From positions 1-58,621 of the IMG/VR virus record IMGVR_UViG_3300032321_001507: a stretch of DNA of 58,621 nt. One strand, written 5' to 3'. This stretch comes from a virus. Its lineage: Duplodnaviria > Caudoviricetes. Each line of letters begins with the position of its first letter. Positions within the stretch are counted from its first letter, which is position 1. The translations under genes were made by a program, and so were the position numbers. The notes beneath the pieces are model-generated. The model did not search any database and had not been told where the DNA came from. It saw nothing but the letters and a program-made list of their open reading frames with translations. Shown piece after piece: positions 57,166 to 58,621 of the stretch.

Positions 57166-58621
57166 ATGGCTATTAAGATTGAATTAAAACGCAGTGCCGT
57201 TCCGGGCAAAGTACCATCTACCTCTTCCTTAGATTTAGGAGAAGTAGCAATAAATACCTTTGATGGTAAAGCCTATTTTAAAAAGAACGACGGTACTCAA
57301 AAAATAGTTCAATTAGCCGATGTTAGTGGTTCAATTGCTAGTGCTTCTTTTGCTGTAACAGCTTCTTATGCCTTAAATTCCCAAAACATTGATACAGGTT
57401 CAATAGTATCAACATCATCATTCAATGCTTATACTTCAAGTATAAATTCATATACAAGTAGTTTAAATAACGCCACAAGCTCATTCGTACTTAACTCACA
57501 AACATCATCAATGTCTGTGTTAAGTGCATCTTATGCTGCAACTTCATCATTTGCTTCTAATTTTACAGTAGCAAACACATTAACTGCACAAACACTTGTA
57601 GTACAAACTATAAGTTCATCAGTAATTTATTCAAGTGGATCTAATAGATTTGGTAATAACTTAACTAATACTCAAGTATTTACTGGTTCTGTAACTGTAA
57701 CTGGAAGCTTAGCAGTAAATAACAGCGATGTAATTTTAACAAACCAGACATCATCAATGTCTGTAGCAAGTGCATCATATGCATTAACAGCATCATATGT
57801 TTTAAATAGTCAAGCTATTGATACAGGTTCATTAGCTACTACTGGTTCAAATCAATTTAATGGAAACCAAAGCATATCAGGTTCATTAACAGTTTCACAA
57901 TCAATAAACTCTTATAATATGAATGTAGGAACACCTACATCAAATGCTTGGCAAACAAGTTTAAGTGGTTCTTATTTTAATAATTTTACATCTCAAACAG
58001 ATACATCTGAAATATTAAGATTTATTGCTGGTTTATTATCATCCTCAGCACCCGATGCTTCACCAAATACAAGAACTTATAGTACATACACAGCAAATGC
58101 TGTAAATACAACAACAGGTACAGTTACAGCTGGTAGTATACCTTCAGGAAGTACTAACACAACAATTACATATTTACAATCAAAAGGATTTGCTAATTCA
58201 GGTAGTACTATTTTTGCTAGTATATCACCTATATATACTTTAACTACTTATGGTTACACATATACAAGTGTTGCTGGTGGTTCTACAACAGTATCATCAT
58301 CCGCTGATGCTCAATTATTTGGATTAGGATTATTAAGTAGCGGAACTCCAACATCATTTAAGGTATCTGGTTCATTTACATTTAGATTTAAAGATAATAG
58401 TGCAAAAATAGATACCGCAACATCATCTTCACAAGCGTTAATCACACAAACTGGTGCTGGTACAACAAGTGGAGTTAGTTTAGCAAAAATCAACACAACC
58501 AACCCTGCAGTTATACCTTCAGCATACCAAGATGGAAAATATGCTGCTATATTTTCGCCATCATTATTTAATAATGGTGCAAGTGCATTAAGCTCTAGTG
58601 GATATTATCATATATCATCAT
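57166..58621 (+). CDS. tail fibre protein, partial (runs off window; not in ORF track)
   Basis: MAIKIELKRSAVPGKVP...LDLGEVAINTFDGK (Mtd_N-like start); SASYA.TAS repeats; no stop seen before the window end; late motif at 57105. Confidence 0.85.
   Translation, partial: MAIKIELKRSAVPGKVPSTSSLDLGEVAINTFDGKAYFKKNDGTQKIVQLADVSGSIASASFAVTASYALNSQNIDTGSIVSTSSFNAYTSSINSYTSSLNNATSSFVLNSQTSSMSVLSASYAATSSFASNFTVANTLTAQTLVVQTISSSVIYSSGSNRFGNNLTNTQVFTGSVTVTGSLAVNNSDVILTNQTSSMSVASASYALTASYVLNSQAIDTGSLATTGSNQFNGNQSISGSLTVSQSINSYNMNVGTPTSNAWQTSLSGSYFNNFTSQTDTSEILRFIAGLLSSSAPDASPNTRTYSTYTANAVNTTTGTVTAGSIPSGSTNTTITYLQSKGFANSGSTIFASISPIYTLTTYGYTYTSVAGGSTTVSSSADAQLFGLGLLSSGTPTSFKVSGSFTFRFKDNSAKIDTATSSSQALITQTGAGTTSGVSLAKINTTNPAVIPSAYQDGKYAAIFSPSLFNNGASALSSSGYYHISS

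Noticed and set aside
5806-58502. All minus-strand ORFs in the track (e.g. 20965-21228, 21957-22340, 33063-33437, 40135-40476, 58311-58502)
   Set aside because: They are antisense shadows of well-supported + strand genes; the GVIL repeats simply mirror the TPSI repeats.
57166-58621. Diversity-generating retroelement suggested by the Mtd_N-like fibre start
   Set aside because: No reverse transcriptase or TR/VR pair with adenine-specific mismatches is visible in the window.
1-58621. Stop-codon reassignment (as in some Bacteroidota phages)
   Set aside because: Core genes are full length in the standard code, and TAG/TGA serve as real stops with tight gene packing.

Overview
This is a 58.6-kb fragment of a large, AT-rich, T4-like (myovirus) phage genome, with essentially all real genes on the + strand in the standard code. 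The host is probably Bacteroidota: translation starts are A-rich with no Shine-Dalgarno, some promoters are TTGG-N19-TAnnTT, and a lipoprotein carries D-S/T-x glycosylation sequons. Layout: (1) 1-3400, an early region of small ORFs in repeated promoter cassettes (GTCA-N10-CGTATATT...AGATATGA), with a dense structured-RNA locus at 691-918 and a repeat-rich non-coding block at about 2956-3345. (2) A gp55-like late sigma factor, then baseplate genes (gp5-, gp25-, gp6-, gp7-like) and proteins with mucin-like TPSISI repeats. (3) A GIY-YIG nuclease, primase and PD-(D/E)XK exonuclease. (4) About 25.5-42 kb, a cluster of unrelated proteins sharing short motifs. (5) The head module (terminase, portal, prohead protease, scaffold, major capsid protein), then PhoH, neck/tail-completion genes and the start of a tail fibre. 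There are two best candidates for undescribed systems. (a) A capsid cargo-loading code: eight unrelated proteins begin with a 10-aa leader MIKLx(D/N)(I/L)(L/I)xE ending at a gp21-type cleavage Glu, some look like polyproteins with LxE sites at domain junctions, and others copy the scaffold's C-terminal RMQxLAGI motif. (b) A non-coding cassette (pseudoknot, twin hairpins, anticodon-less mini-tRNA, small RNA) whose 3' part is antisense to the AGATATGA start context shared by eight early genes. Also notable are a late-promoter motif ATATTTAT(A) at 23 intergenic sites and strong [S/T]-[G/A]-S enrichment in virion-surface proteins. All calls come from motif recognition by eye; no database searches were run.
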